DNA of 64,000 nucleotides from Laetmonice hystrix (Eukaryota): NCBI GenBank assembly GCA_965235115.1, contig OZ249436.1, positions 54,314,001 to 54,378,000 of the forward strand, read 5' to 3'. Shown piece by piece: positions 44,083 to 54,865 of this stretch (position 1 is its first letter; each line of letters starts with the position of its first letter). The notes under the pieces were generated by a model. It saw only the letters and a program-made list of their open reading frames with translations, ran no database searches and was not told where the DNA came from. The position numbers and the translations under genes were made by a program.

Positions 44083-44327
44083 GTTAATTTGTGGTATAGG
44101 CCTAGGCCTGGTTATATGTCAACCAAAGTTAATTTGTAGTATCGGCCTAGGCCTGGTTATATGTCAACCAAAGTTAATTTGTAGTATAGGCCTAGGCCTG
44201 GTTATAGGCCCTATGTCAACCAAAGTTAATTTGTAGTATAGGCCTAGGCCTGGTTATATGTCAACCAAAGTTAATTTGTAGTATAGGCCTAGGCCTGGTT
44301 ATAGGCCCTATGTCAACCAAAGTTAAT
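44083..44327. repeat. 45/52-bp minisatellite, ~5 copies
   Basis: Units start at 44083, 44128, 44173, 44225, 44270 and 44322. Long units carry an extra GGCCCTA. Confidence 0.95.
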
Positions 44328-44589
44328 CAAACAGATTGTTCACTTGTCACGAGGTTTGTTTAAGTGGACACCCTCCCCCTCCCATTTTTTCTACACGATA
44401 GCCTACTCACAAAGTGGTAGCAAACTGAGGGGGTTGCGCCTGCTGTTGGAGTGAGTGAGTGAGTAGTGGTGGTTTTGCGCCGTGTCGGCATCCGGGGCCA
44501 TGTTCACGGCGAAAACAGAGTTATAAGACCATAAAACTAAAGGAACCTATTTTATCCCGGGTCCCAACGGGAACACCACCAAAACACAT

Positions 44590-47500
44590 CTATAAAAGAG
44601 TCAGAAGTCCAGCCTCTGACAAAAACTCTAAAATCACTCCTGGTCTGACATTGTTAAAAAGATCCTTAAGACTTGTCTCACTATAAAACCGTTGTCTGAT
44701 CAGAGTAAAATCACCACACTCAAGTAAAAGATGCTTCAGTGTCAAAGGACACTGACAGCCATGACACTCTGGAGGTGGCTCCCCCTTCAATAAAAACACG
44801 TGGGTTAATCTAGAATGACCAATCCTGCATCGAGTATAAACAATTTCATGCCTACGTTGGGTTAGGCCGTGAAGACACCTTTGGTTCACGACAGGACTGA
44901 TCTGATACAATTTATTGTTTGGTTGTTCATCCCATTCAGCCTGCCATTTGGTCTTAATGTAAGCCCAGATGGCAGGTCTGAGGTCAGAGGCTGGGATTGG
45001 ACACAGTTCGACGTCTGTTTCAAGAGCCCTCTTGGCAGTTCTGTCAGCTTGCTCATTGCCCGGGATACCAACATGACCAGGCACCCAGCAAAAGTGAATA
45101 TCAAAGTTTGCATTGGCAAGCACTGCCAACTTGGACAAGATTTGAACGATCACTGGGTGATCTGTGTTCAAGTTAGCAAGTGCTTGCAGACAGGATAAGG
45201 AATCCGAGAAAATGAGGAAATCCTTTTCACTAGAAACTTCAATATTTTGAAGGGCAAGAAGCAGGGCCCGGGCCTCTGCTGAGAAGATGGAACTTTGCCC
45301 TGGGATGCGGGTGCCGAAGTTGTGCTTGCCATGAACTGCAGCTGCAGACACATCACTGCCATCCTTTGAGCCATCAGTATAGAAGGCATAATGCGAGGGA
45401 TACCTTGCCTGGACGTCAAGAAAATGTTCAAAATATGTCAGGGGATGAGTCTCTGACTTCTTCAGTTTAGCCAACTGAAGAATGACGTCAGGCTTTGCCA
45501 GTTCCCAAGGAGGAATGTTGCAAAAATGTGTCTGCCCCAGGACGTTCAGATCAATATCCAGTTCCTCTAGATGAGGTTTCACCCTCAGTCCAAAAGGACG
45601 TATGTACGTTTCCTTTCTTTCATATAAATGTTGGAACTGAGGGTGAAAAACGCAATTGTAAGCTGGATTTGAACTGTTTGTCCCGAGCTTGACTGCATAC
45701 TGCAGAGCCAGCTTCAGACGCCTGTTGTCAAGCGATGGCTCTCGGGCCTCCACATAGAGGCTCTGAACAGGGGACGTTCTAAAAGCCCCAAGTGAAAGTC
45801 GCAAACCCTGGTGGTGAACCGTGTCCAAAAGCCGAATGTAAGACTTACAAGCAGAACCATAAACTATGCTACCGTAATCGAGCTTCGACCGGATTAAAGC
45901 TCTGTACAGTTGTAAAAGGACTGTACTGTCTGCCCCCCAGTTTGTACCAGATAAAACCTTGAGAACGTCCAGAGCCTTAAGGCATCTGGATTTGAGCGAT
46001 TTAATGTGAGGGATAAAAGACAACTTGCTGTCAAAAGTGAGTCCCAGAAACTTTGTCTCTTTAACGACCTTGATAGGATCTCCATCCATTGTCAACTCGG
46101 GGTCAAGGTGGAAAGCACGCAGTTTGCAGAAATGCATGCAGACCGTTTTAGATTTCGAAAATTTAAAACCATTTTCCACCGACCAGGTCTGGATTCTGTT
46201 GAGACAGAGTTGGATCTGCCTCTCAATGGCATTCATGTTTTTGCCTCTGCAGCAGACGTCAAAGTCATCGACGAACAGGCTGCAGGGCATGCCAGTTTTA
46301 ACCGAGTTAACAATGCTGTTGATCTTAATACTAAAAAGGGTAACGGACAAAATGCTTCCCTGAGGCACACCTAATTCTTGGTCATGCAAGTCAGACAGGG
46401 TCGTGCCTACTCTGACTTGAAAATGTCTGTTGGATAAAAACTGGGATATGAAAAGGGGCAAACGCCCCCTAAAACCCATATCATGTAAATCTTTTAAAAT
46501 GCCGTACTTCCATGTTGTGTCGTATGCCTTTTCAAGGTCGAAAAAGACGGCAACAACATGTTCACGGCTGATAAAAGCATCTCGAATGTATGTCTCGAGT
46601 CTGACTAGATGATCAAGAGTACTTCTCCCTCGCCGGAAGCCACATTGAAACTCGGTTATGAGCTGCTCAGACTCCAGCTTCCAGACAAGGCGATCATTAA
46701 TCATTCTCTCCATGGTTTTGCACAGGCAACTTGTTAAGGCTATTGGTCTGTAATTGTTAGCTTCACTATGGTCTTTTCCTGGTTTTGGGATGGGGATGAT
46801 TATTGCTTCTTGCCAGGAAAGGGGTATATTACCAGTTATCCAGATATTGTTGAAAATGTGAAGAAGTATGAGAAGGGTGGTATCAGGTAAATGTTTTAAA
46901 AATTGGTAATGTATTTTGTCAGGTCCAACTGCAGTGTCGTGTGATTTTCTAAGAGAGCATTTGAGTTCTTCAATAGAGAAGAGTTGGTTATACTCTTCTC
47001 TGTTGTCAGAATGAAAGTTTAGTTTTTGTTTCTCTTTTTGAGCACGAATGGCTTGGAATTGAGGGAGGCAGTTTCTGGAGGAGGAGTTTGTTTCAAAGGT
47101 TTTGGCCAGTTTATTCGCTATTTCATCTGTGGTGGTTAGTAGGGTGTCTTGATGTTTTAAGTGTTGGACTCCAGAACCACCTCCCTTGCCTTTAAGTTTC
47201 CGTATCATACTCCAGACTTTTTTGATAGGAGTACGAGAGGTCAGGCTGGAGACGTAGTCTCTCCAGCTTTGCCTCCGTCTCTCTTTGCAGATACGGCGTG
47301 CCCTTGCTCTCATAATTTTAAAATTGGTAAGGTTCACTGCAGTTGGATGCCTGTTGAAAAGGCGTTCTGCTTTCTTGCGGTCTTTAATTGCCTGCTTGCA
47401 GTCTTCATTAAACCATGGATTTGAGACATGTTTAGGAATTGTCGAGGTTTTAGGAACTGTCCTGTCTGCAATGGAGATTAAAAGCGAGGTAAAATCATCC

Positions 47501-48273
47501 ATTGCTTCAGGATCGTTAATGGTGTCTGCTGTGAATTCCTCCCGACAGAGGGTCTGGAAGGAGTGCCAGTCGGCTTTCTTAAGTTGCCACCGTTGTTGCT
47601 TTTCCCCTATGTTGGGTCCTTCATAGGTAAGGATGGTGGGAAAGTGGTCACTCCCGCAAAGGTCATCCCAGACCCTCCAGGAAAAATCCAGCAGCAGATC
47701 TGGTTCAGCTATTGCAAGGTCAATGGCTGTATAAGTGCCATGACCGGGATGTAAGTATGTGTTTGAACCATCATTAAAAATGCACAGAGCATGATTATCA
47801 ATGAACTCTTCAATCCTCTTGCCCTTGCCATCAGTTGTGGTGCCACCCCATAAGGGATTGTGGCCGTTAAAGTCTCCCAAAAGGAGATATGGGGATGGTA
47901 GTTGACCCACAAGATCATCAAGATCCTGCTGGGTCAAGACACTATTTGGCGGAATATATATGGAACAGATAGTGATGGCTTTATGCAGAGTTAGGCGAAT
48001 GGCTATTGCTTGTAACGGTGTGTCTATTGTTACAGGGCTATGGATGAGGTCTTTTCGAACCAGAATGGCAGTGCCGCCAGCAGCACGGTCACCATCTGGT
48101 GCAAAACCAAAGAAAGTCTGATAGCCCTTAAATGAGACCTTGTCTCGGGCGGTAAGGAATGTTTCTTGTAAGCTAAAGGCAAGAGGGTTGAGGTTTTCTG
48201 CTAAAACTCTGAGTTCATTAAAATTGGCTCTAAAGCCTCGACAATTCCATTGAAGGAAGCATTTGCCTGCCAT
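44590..48273 (-). CDS. LINE ORF2: AP endonuclease, reverse transcriptase, RNase H and C-terminal CCHC
   Basis: APE motifs QWNCRG, GDFN and SDH. RT motifs YRPIALTS, FFDLEKAYD, GVPQGSILS and FVDD. RNase H motifs YTDGSK, FSDS and WVPGHVGIPGNEQAD. C-terminal CHGC...H....C. No stops. Confidence 0.97.
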   Translation of the reverse strand: MAGKCFLQWNCRGFRANFNELRVLAENLNPLAFSLQETFLTARDKVSFKGYQTFFGFAPDGDRAAGGTAILVRKDLIHSPVTIDTPLQAIAIRLTLHKAITICSIYIPPNSVLTQQDLDDLVGQLPSPYLLLGDFNGHNPLWGGTTTDGKGKRIEEFIDNHALCIFNDGSNTYLHPGHGTYTAIDLAIAEPDLLLDFSWRVWDDLCGSDHFPTILTYEGPNIGEKQQRWQLKKADWHSFQTLCREEFTADTINDPEAMDDFTSLLISIADRTVPKTSTIPKHVSNPWFNEDCKQAIKDRKKAERLFNRHPTAVNLTNFKIMRARARRICKERRRQSWRDYVSSLTSRTPIKKVWSMIRKLKGKGGGSGVQHLKHQDTLLTTTDEIANKLAKTFETNSSSRNCLPQFQAIRAQKEKQKLNFHSDNREEYNQLFSIEELKCSLRKSHDTAVGPDKIHYQFLKHLPDTTLLILLHIFNNIWITGNIPLSWQEAIIIPIPKPGKDHSEANNYRPIALTSCLCKTMERMINDRLVWKLESEQLITEFQCGFRRGRSTLDHLVRLETYIRDAFISREHVVAVFFDLEKAYDTTWKYGILKDLHDMGFRGRLPLFISQFLSNRHFQVRVGTTLSDLHDQELGVPQGSILSVTLFSIKINSIVNSVKTGMPCSLFVDDFDVCCRGKNMNAIERQIQLCLNRIQTWSVENGFKFSKSKTVCMHFCKLRAFHLDPELTMDGDPIKVVKETKFLGLTFDSKLSFIPHIKSLKSRCLKALDVLKVLSGTNWGADSTVLLQLYRALIRSKLDYGSIVYGSACKSYIRLLDTVHHQGLRLSLGAFRTSPVQSLYVEAREPSLDNRRLKLALQYAVKLGTNSSNPAYNCVFHPQFQHLYERKETYIRPFGLRVKPHLEELDIDLNVLGQTHFCNIPPWELAKPDVILQLAKLKKSETHPLTYFEHFLDVQARYPSHYAFYTDGSKDGSDVSAAAVHGKHNFGTRIPGQSSIFSAEARALLLALQNIEVSSEKDFLIFSDSLSCLQALANLNTDHPVIVQILSKLAVLANANFDIHFCWVPGHVGIPGNEQADRTAKRALETDVELCPIPASDLRPAIWAYIKTKWQAEWDEQPNNKLYQISPVVNQRCLHGLTQRRHEIVYTRCRIGHSRLTHVFLLKGEPPPECHGCQCPLTLKHLLLECGDFTLIRQRFYSETSLKDLFNNVRPGVILEFLSEAGLLTLL

Positions 48274-49568
48274 CAAGGTGGTTTAACAGGCAAACGCCCC
48301 CTAGTTTTTATTTTGGGGGAAAGGCTGCGACTACGGCAAGATGTAGCGTCAGCCATTTCAACATCTTGAAGATGCTGAAACTTATTTGTGAGTGCTATTG
48401 CACTGTTGTTGGCGGCTGCTTTGGGCAGCCGATCTGTAATTATTTTCTTCTTTGGTTGATCTTTTTTAGGGGATGGTTCTTTGGGACTCTGTTGATCTTT
48501 TTTGGGGGATGGTTCTTTGGTACTCGGCCCGGCCTGTGGAGGAGGAACCGAGGTTGTCTGGCTTTGTGTTGAGACGGCTTTCTTAAGTGGTTGACTCGAG
48601 ATGGCAATCTTAGGTGGTTGGCTCGTGCTGTCAGCAGGATCAGGGTAGGTCACGGGTTTATCCCCCTTGACCCACACCATCTCCGTTTGACAAGCGAAAG
48701 TCCGTGTGGTAGGCTTGGTGGCAGCAGCATAGGTTTTAATGGTTGGTGGAAGCATATACTGCTCCACCAACTTGCGTGCCTCAGGAAAGCTGATCTTTCT
48801 TTCTGTCTTTACCTTCAGAATTTCTTTTTCCTTTTTCCACACGGAACAGTCACGAGAAGTGGCAGAGTGGTCCTCCCCACAGTTTGCACATTTTGGGGGT
48901 TTTTGACATTCCAGATGGTCATGGCCAGTCTCAGCACAGCGAGAACACTTCTGCTGATTCCGGCACGAGTCAGTCCCATGCCCAAACCTCTGGCATTTAT
49001 AGCATCTCAGAGGGTTTGGGATATAGGCATCCACCTTTACTTTCAAAAAGCCAATCTCGAGTTCCACTGGTACAGTGGGCCTGTCGAAAGTGAGAAAATA
49101 AGTGTGTGTCTTTATGGTTTCACCATCTCGTTTCACAATCAATCTTTTCACTTCCGACACACCTTGCCAGCTCAACCCAGCAAGGATCTCCTGTTCAGTT
49201 GTGGTGTCAAGAGAGTTTGTTCGAATCACACCCTTGCTTGAGTTGAGCGTCCGGTGACGAGAGGCCTTAATACTGTAACCTGCGAGTACTGTGGCACTCA
49301 ACAGGTTTGCAGATTGGGCCCTCGTGGCACACTCTACCAACAGTTGGCCAGATCTCAACCGTTTACAATCTTTGACTGTTCCAGCTATCCCCAATATGCC
49401 TTTATGTATGGCAAAAGGGGATAGCTTAGATATTGGTCGTTCAGGTTCTGCTGATTCAACAATGATGAAACGAGGCCATTCAGTCAAAGGTTCGTTCTCC
49501 ATAGACCGGTCCGAGTCAGAGTCCGTTAATTTCACTAGTTTTCGTTTGGGGGGATTGTTTGATGCCAT
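48273..49568 (-). CDS. LINE ORF1, gag-like nucleic-acid-binding protein
   Basis: Three zinc knuckles: CYKCQRFGHGTDSC, CSRCAETGHDHLEC and CANCGEDHSATSRDC. Also YIPNPLRC and ISFPEARK motifs. The first ATG is at 49568. Confidence 0.93.
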   Translation of the reverse strand: MASNNPPKRKLVKLTDSDSDRSMENEPLTEWPRFIIVESAEPERPISKLSPFAIHKGILGIAGTVKDCKRLRSGQLLVECATRAQSANLLSATVLAGYSIKASRHRTLNSSKGVIRTNSLDTTTEQEILAGLSWQGVSEVKRLIVKRDGETIKTHTYFLTFDRPTVPVELEIGFLKVKVDAYIPNPLRCYKCQRFGHGTDSCRNQQKCSRCAETGHDHLECQKPPKCANCGEDHSATSRDCSVWKKEKEILKVKTERKISFPEARKLVEQYMLPPTIKTYAAATKPTTRTFACQTEMVWVKGDKPVTYPDPADSTSQPPKIAISSQPLKKAVSTQSQTTSVPPPQAGPSTKEPSPKKDQQSPKEPSPKKDQPKKKIITDRLPKAAANNSAIALTNKFQHLQDVEMADATSCRSRSLSPKIKTRGRLPVKPP

Positions 49569-50154
49569 GGTTGTGTTAGATTGTTTCACCAACCCTATTC
49601 CCCACCCTCCACGGAGCCCAACAAGGGGAAGTGCAGAGCTGCGGTAACCAGCAGTTGCAAACCAAGGATATAGGGTTGGTATACTCAAGCAATGGAACGA
49701 AAGAGGTTGTTACCATTACTCAATTGACCCTAAGCCACCGCCTTCTAGGAATAAAGAAGAAATAGTTACGATAGATGTTGCCTATTGTTTTAGAGAATTA
49801 AATCCACTGTAAAGGGTACTCAATACAAAAAATCCTAGGGCAAGGCGTGACCAGCCGATTGATTGGATCGGGCCTCTCCAACCTCCCGTCTAGGTGAAGT
49901 AGGAGCCAAAGCACCGTGTTGGACCTGTGAAAAGCCGCAGCAATTCACCGTCCTCAGGTAACCAGGACCTCTTCCTCCACCGACACGGGTCGCGACTCAC
50001 GGCAAACAAGTCGCCCCATTTATTCGCCTCTTACGAACAGCCAGGGGGGGGGGCTGGGGAACATTCTTACCCCGGTCCCCACGGGGGCGCCTGCTGTTGG
50101 AAGAGCCTAGCGTATAGGCCTAATACATGTTTCAGTGTTTCCGTGTATCACTCA

Positions 50155-50480
50155 GGGCACTTCCCCTGGACATTTGCCCCCCGGACTTCTGCCCCCTAGG
50201 ACATCTGCTCCCCAGACATTCACCCCCCGGACATTAACCCCCGTAGGACTTTTACCCCCTAGGACATCTGCCCCCCAGATATTCACCCCCGGACATTAGC
50301 CCCCGTAGGACTTTTGCCCCCCTAGGACATTTGCCCCCCCCTTCCTTAACCACCGTAAGACAGCTAGGGTTAGGGTTAGGGTTAGGTTAGGGTGCTAGGG
50401 GGACAGAAGTCCTACGGGTGTTAAAGTCCGGGGGTGAATGTGTGGGGGGCAGATGTCCTACGGGGGTTAATGTCCATAGG
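50155..50480. mobile_element. Foldback-like MITE with modular GGACATT..CCCCC arms and a central (TTAGGG)n
   Basis: Left arm of ~16-bp GGACAT..CCCCC sub-repeats, inverted GGGGG..ATGTCC copies on the right, and TAGGGTTAGGGTTAGGGTTAGGTTAGGG at ~50365-50392. Confidence 0.75.
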
Positions 50481-50813
50481 ACCTCATAGTTTACGTCGCA
50501 TCACGCTGTAACTTGTACAATCAAATCAGTCCGTATGGAACACGCGTTCCATACGGACAATGGCACTGGCAAATAGAATGGCCATATAATAAACCGAGGA
50601 TACGAACATTATAGCGGCAGTTGCAGTGAGATATACTATAAACAAAATATTAAGGCAGTATTTATATAATCAATGAGTCACCCTCCGGTGATGAGCTGAA
50701 CATTATAGCTGAGGTATTTTTGAGAAAGACGAACCACGTGGCCAGCTCTCACTAAACGTACGATTTAACTCTGCCTCCTGTAAAGTTTGTTAATGGGTGA
50801 GGCAATACAAGAA

Positions 50814-51160
50814 CACTGGGGGATCCAGGGGGCCCAAGGGGCCCGGGCGCCCTTTTAAATTTTCCTTTTCCCCGCTTTTTTTTTAAAGAAGATGCATTAT
50901 TCGGACCATGAAACCCGTATTCCAACAAAATTCTTTTAAAAAAGCCTCCTATATTAAACGTGATAATAACATCGGGCCCAAAGGGGCCTCCTCAGTCATC
51001 CAGGAGCAACATAACTCTGGACCATTGCGCATTGAAATAGATCAAAAGGGGCCCAAAATGGCTATAAGTGCAATAAAATCATGCCGAGCGTAGCGAGGCT
51101 AAAAAAATTTTTTCAGGTGAGGCCCCCCCCCCCCTTATCAAAATCCTAGATCCCCCACTG
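50814..51160. mobile_element. hAT-like MITE
   Basis: CACTGGGGGATCCAGG...CCTAGATCCCCCACTG inverted ends. Confidence 0.65.
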
Positions 51161-51949
51161 AAGAAAATGGTTTCCCCTAGAATGTGACAAATTCTCTTCA
51201 GGCGAATCAAAGACCGGACTCGGTGCGTCAAAACAACCCTAACTTGATTTCCCGCTATATATGGTCAAGGACAAAAGCATACCCTGATTAAAGCTAGGCC
51301 TATTTCGTGGCATGAACTGTTTTTCAGACCTACCGGGTATATAGGAGCCTCTGGGCAACTGAAGTATAATGATGGAGCCCTACATAACGGGGAAAACAGT
51401 AGAGTGGAATTAATGAGAACATACAGGGATTCCCCAACCTTCAAATTATGGTCATGATTCCCACATGCAGGCCAGAGTATAACTACATCAGTTATTTCCC
51501 GTAGCAGTCAGAAACGCATGCCTCGTGTATACGAGGGCTGAAGAGATTCAAATCGATTTTGTGCCATGTCCTTTAAAAAAAAAAACAGAAGAAAAACGCA
51601 GGGAACCCCCTGTAATCCTAAAATGGATAAATATAAAGGGGGCAAAACAAAAGGGGCATACTGACCTTTGGTACGACATCGTGATCCCATCAAATTTGAA
51701 CCCGTTCCGATGTCAGCACATTGGTCTCATTACTGATCGTAAACGGGGCCGGGCACCTTCGGTACTAACCAATTTCGACAGGCGATTGACCGGCCATTAT
51801 TTATGACCTCGGGCCCCACCACGTGCACTCTCACGCCTTCCCCGGCTTTAATCCATGGACATACAGAGACACCCCGGCACACATCGGTCTGGGACGCGGC
51901 TGGTAACTTTGACAGGACCCTGTATGATCACTGTTGTCCGCACAGAACA

Positions 51950-52013
51950 ATGGAGGAACAGAGAGCTGTGGCGTTAACAGGACTCTTGGTGGTGTCCATG
52001 GTGTTGGCATCAG
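51950..52013 (+). CDS. Cys-rich (double-ICK) prepropeptide, coding exon 1: signal peptide MEEQRAVALTGLLVVSMVLAS
   Basis: aacaATGG start context, hydrophobic h-region, and donor CAG|GTAAGT (phase 1). A possible acceptor (ccgcacag) ends at 51945. Confidence 0.85.
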
Positions 52014-52161
52014 GTAAGTCCCAACCCTCAAGGATGTTTTAATAAGATGCATCCAAGTGTTCAGAAAGAAGGTGTAGTACATCGTCCTTTGGGATACGAG
52101 AACGAGGGACGGGAACGGAACGAGTATAGGCTGACGGCATTGTAGTACGCGACGGCGTTAA

Positions 52162-52689
52162 AGGGGCATGCTATGAAGCACGTTTTTGAGGATTTTCGGC
52201 AATTATCCAACATGACCGGGTACTAGGGATCCAAGTAAATAATCCTACCACAGCATTTTGTCCTCCGACGTGTTTTCGCTGCGTATGCAGCACAAGTAGG
52301 TTCTATACGACCAAACCTATAGATTTCTCCCGATAGCACATCTCCCGCCATAATTTGGCGGACAACCTCCCATCAACCCGTGTAATTGCATACTGTGTCA
52401 CATCCTGTGTGTGCACTCTCTGCATGTGCTTAGTCACGTGCTTTGCATAGTTGTAAACAATTCAGCAGTGGCCCTCGATCGTCCGGCATCAGAATGCCAC
52501 CCAAAAAATATTTTACGAAATCGGCAGAGAAGCGGGCAAGGGGGCTTAATAAACTTCGATTTCTCACGCAAAATGAAACGGATAAGTCTGTCTTTGTTTA
52601 CCAAGCAATTTTAATGAAGGATCTCTTTATGAAAACAGCAAAAGTTCTATGAAATACCGATGTTTAATGTTTCCTCATAATATCCCCCT
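52162..52689. mobile_element. Kolobok-type non-autonomous DNA transposon in intron 1 of the peptide gene
   Basis: TTAA-AGGGGCATGCTATGA...TCATAATATCCCCCT-TTAA, imperfect TIRs. Confidence 0.7.
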
Positions 52690-53911
52690 TTAAAGCCACT
52701 ATAAAAAATGACCTCAGGGGTATACATAATGTAGGTCTATTTGTATTTATAATAATGATACGGTGTACGGTCTGCCATGTAGGCTACTCTACGGGACAGA
52801 TACCAGCAGACGTCAGAAGATGGGCTTTCCTTACCATAACTTTTACGAGCATCGATTTTAAACATCTGTTAATAGATTTATCTAGCACAAGAAATTTGAT
52901 TTCAAGTGAAAATGTTCTCATCGTCACATGGAAGTGAAATTAGTGTTTTTAGTGTCCAACCTCTGGTTTCTAATGGAAAGCGATAGATTGTAAGACCAAA
53001 CGCATACTTTGAGATACAGAAGATATCAGCAATTTTTTAACGTAAGAAAAAATTCCCAGACGTATAAAATGTATAAAAATGTATATGATTTCTGCAGTGT
53101 ATGCGTCATAATCTTTCAATGCGTCGTCATCGCCAACAGGTCCTAAATCAGTGCATTCGGAAAACCTCGGCCCAACTTCCGGTTGTGGTCTCGGACCTCG
53201 CAAGCCGTAGAGATATGACAGTGATTCCACGGGTTTGGGCACATCACAACTCGCGTAGTGCGCAACGGCGCAAAGTAGTTCATAGATCGTCGGTATTCGA
53301 CCTAACGCGGGATTGTTCATCGGGAAAGATGGATAATTTCCGAAGATTTGCAGTCTCGATCGTTCTTAGCAGCCGCGACATATTCAGTTTTGCAGTAATT
53401 TATGAAATCATACGACTTTACTAGCTTGCATCAACATAAGAAATGACGTCATACGCCTGAAGGAGTCGCGAGGGAATCCCAAGTGAGACAAACGTGGACC
53501 ACCATCTGACGATAAACAATGCCAATAGGAATGTCAACATCTAAAAAAGTATCTATAGAGACCTAAATAGATTTTCTCTGATGTCTAATCCACTTGTCAG
53601 AGGTATCAAGCGGAGATCTGTTTTTAAACAAGCCAGACACTGCTAATTGTCTTTCACCTTTGTCGGTGTGTCGGCCGTCGCCATTTTGACCACGTTATGT
53701 CACGTGATAAAAGAAGATCCAACATGGTGACGACTGTACGAGGGCCGAGAGGATCTGGCCCGGACAGTCCCGAGGTGGGCCGAATGAAATCAGTGATGTG
53801 CCGGGCAACCTTGTTGCGTGTTTCTTTTGTTATTCAATAAATCAATACTATATGTTTATAAATCTACACATTTAAGTAGTACGGTTTCTCATGTCATGAT
53901 TTCATCCCTAG

Positions 53912-53981
53912 CCCACGACATCAGCGACCTGGAGCGGGAGATATCCCAGCTGGAACTAAAGGGACAGACAGGAGCACAGAG
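53912..53981 (+). CDS. Cys-rich prepropeptide, exon 2: acidic pro-region (A)HDISDLEREISQLELKGQTGAQ(R)
   Basis: Acceptor ttcatccctag and donor GAG|GTAGGG. The exon is 70 nt, phase 1 to phase 2, and links exons 1 and 3 in frame. Confidence 0.8.
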
Positions 53982-54036
53982 GTAGGGGACAGAACCTCAC
54001 AATTTATCAACATGTTAATCGCAGGGATAGGTTTAA

Positions 54037-54865
54037 AGGCAGTAGAAAAGTTCCTCACTAACGTACCTTTGAACACCAGTAACACCATGTGAAGTGTCTA
54101 AGGTCGCGCCGATAAGTGGAACACTGTCAAAGGCGACTTTTTACAAATACCGCGCGGGTCACGCGCTATTTTCACGCAAGACAGGGGGAGCTATCACGCG
54201 GCGTCACAAACACCAGCTAATCTTGGTTTTAGTTTTACGGGAAGTTTTTCAAGTCTGCTAAAACACAAACAAAAAGGTCGATCTCGGCGATCTAGTCCGT
54301 CACTGTTAGTAAAACGGCCCCCTAGACCCTGTTTCTGTTAGACTTTTATCAACAGCCAAGCGTTACCCCGTTGCAATTCTTCACTGGCTTCATCGGACAC
54401 TCACTCACTACGACTGACTCATTACACTTTGTAGTGTTTTCTTACCTGTACGTGACAACTTAAGCCTTTTCTCTCTCTCTTCACACCCTTATTGGGGTAT
54501 GTTAACAAATACAGAGTTTGTGTGCGGCTATCGTTTGCAACCCTCGCTAAAATCGTCAATGAATCTGTCGCCATCTTGCTTCGAATTGGTTTAGCGGTGA
54601 CGTCATGGGCATGTTTCCGGTAAAAGTGGAATCGCAGCCGAACGTGAATAGCGGCACTCTGGCTGGGAATCTGTGTGGTTCGTTCCGCCTGGCGGCAGAC
54701 AAGTAGGGCAGACAAACAGTCGAAGCCAAGGGGAGAATGTCTAGCATCAACATTTCAGTTGATTATTCCTTTATTAAAGATCAGACCATCACAGGATTGT
54801 AGGTAGGAACAAGCTTGTTCATGCTGAACACCCTTATATTGATAGTTTGAACTTTTCTACTGCCT
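54037..54865. mobile_element. Kolobok-type non-autonomous DNA transposon in intron 2 of the peptide gene
   Basis: Perfect 17-bp TIR AGGCAGTAGAAAAGTTC with TTAA on both sides (54033-54036 and 54866-54869). AG..CT termini fit Kolobok rather than piggyBac. Confidence 0.85.

Larger units (their letters stand above)
44451..50086 (-). mobile_element. Full-length non-LTR retrotransposon, I group (Nimb/I-like), with RNase H
   Basis: Two intact ORFs, a (CACT)n 3' tail at 44451-44464, and an identical 15-bp TSD GCGCCTGCTGTTGGA at 44436-44450 and 50087-50101. Confidence 0.96.

Noticed and set aside
48273..49688. ORF-track starts at TTG/GTG (ORF1 49688, ORF2 48276, NCX 21503)
   Set aside because: Bacterial-style start codons. 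In this eukaryotic context the ATGs at 49568, 48273 and 21485 are preferred.
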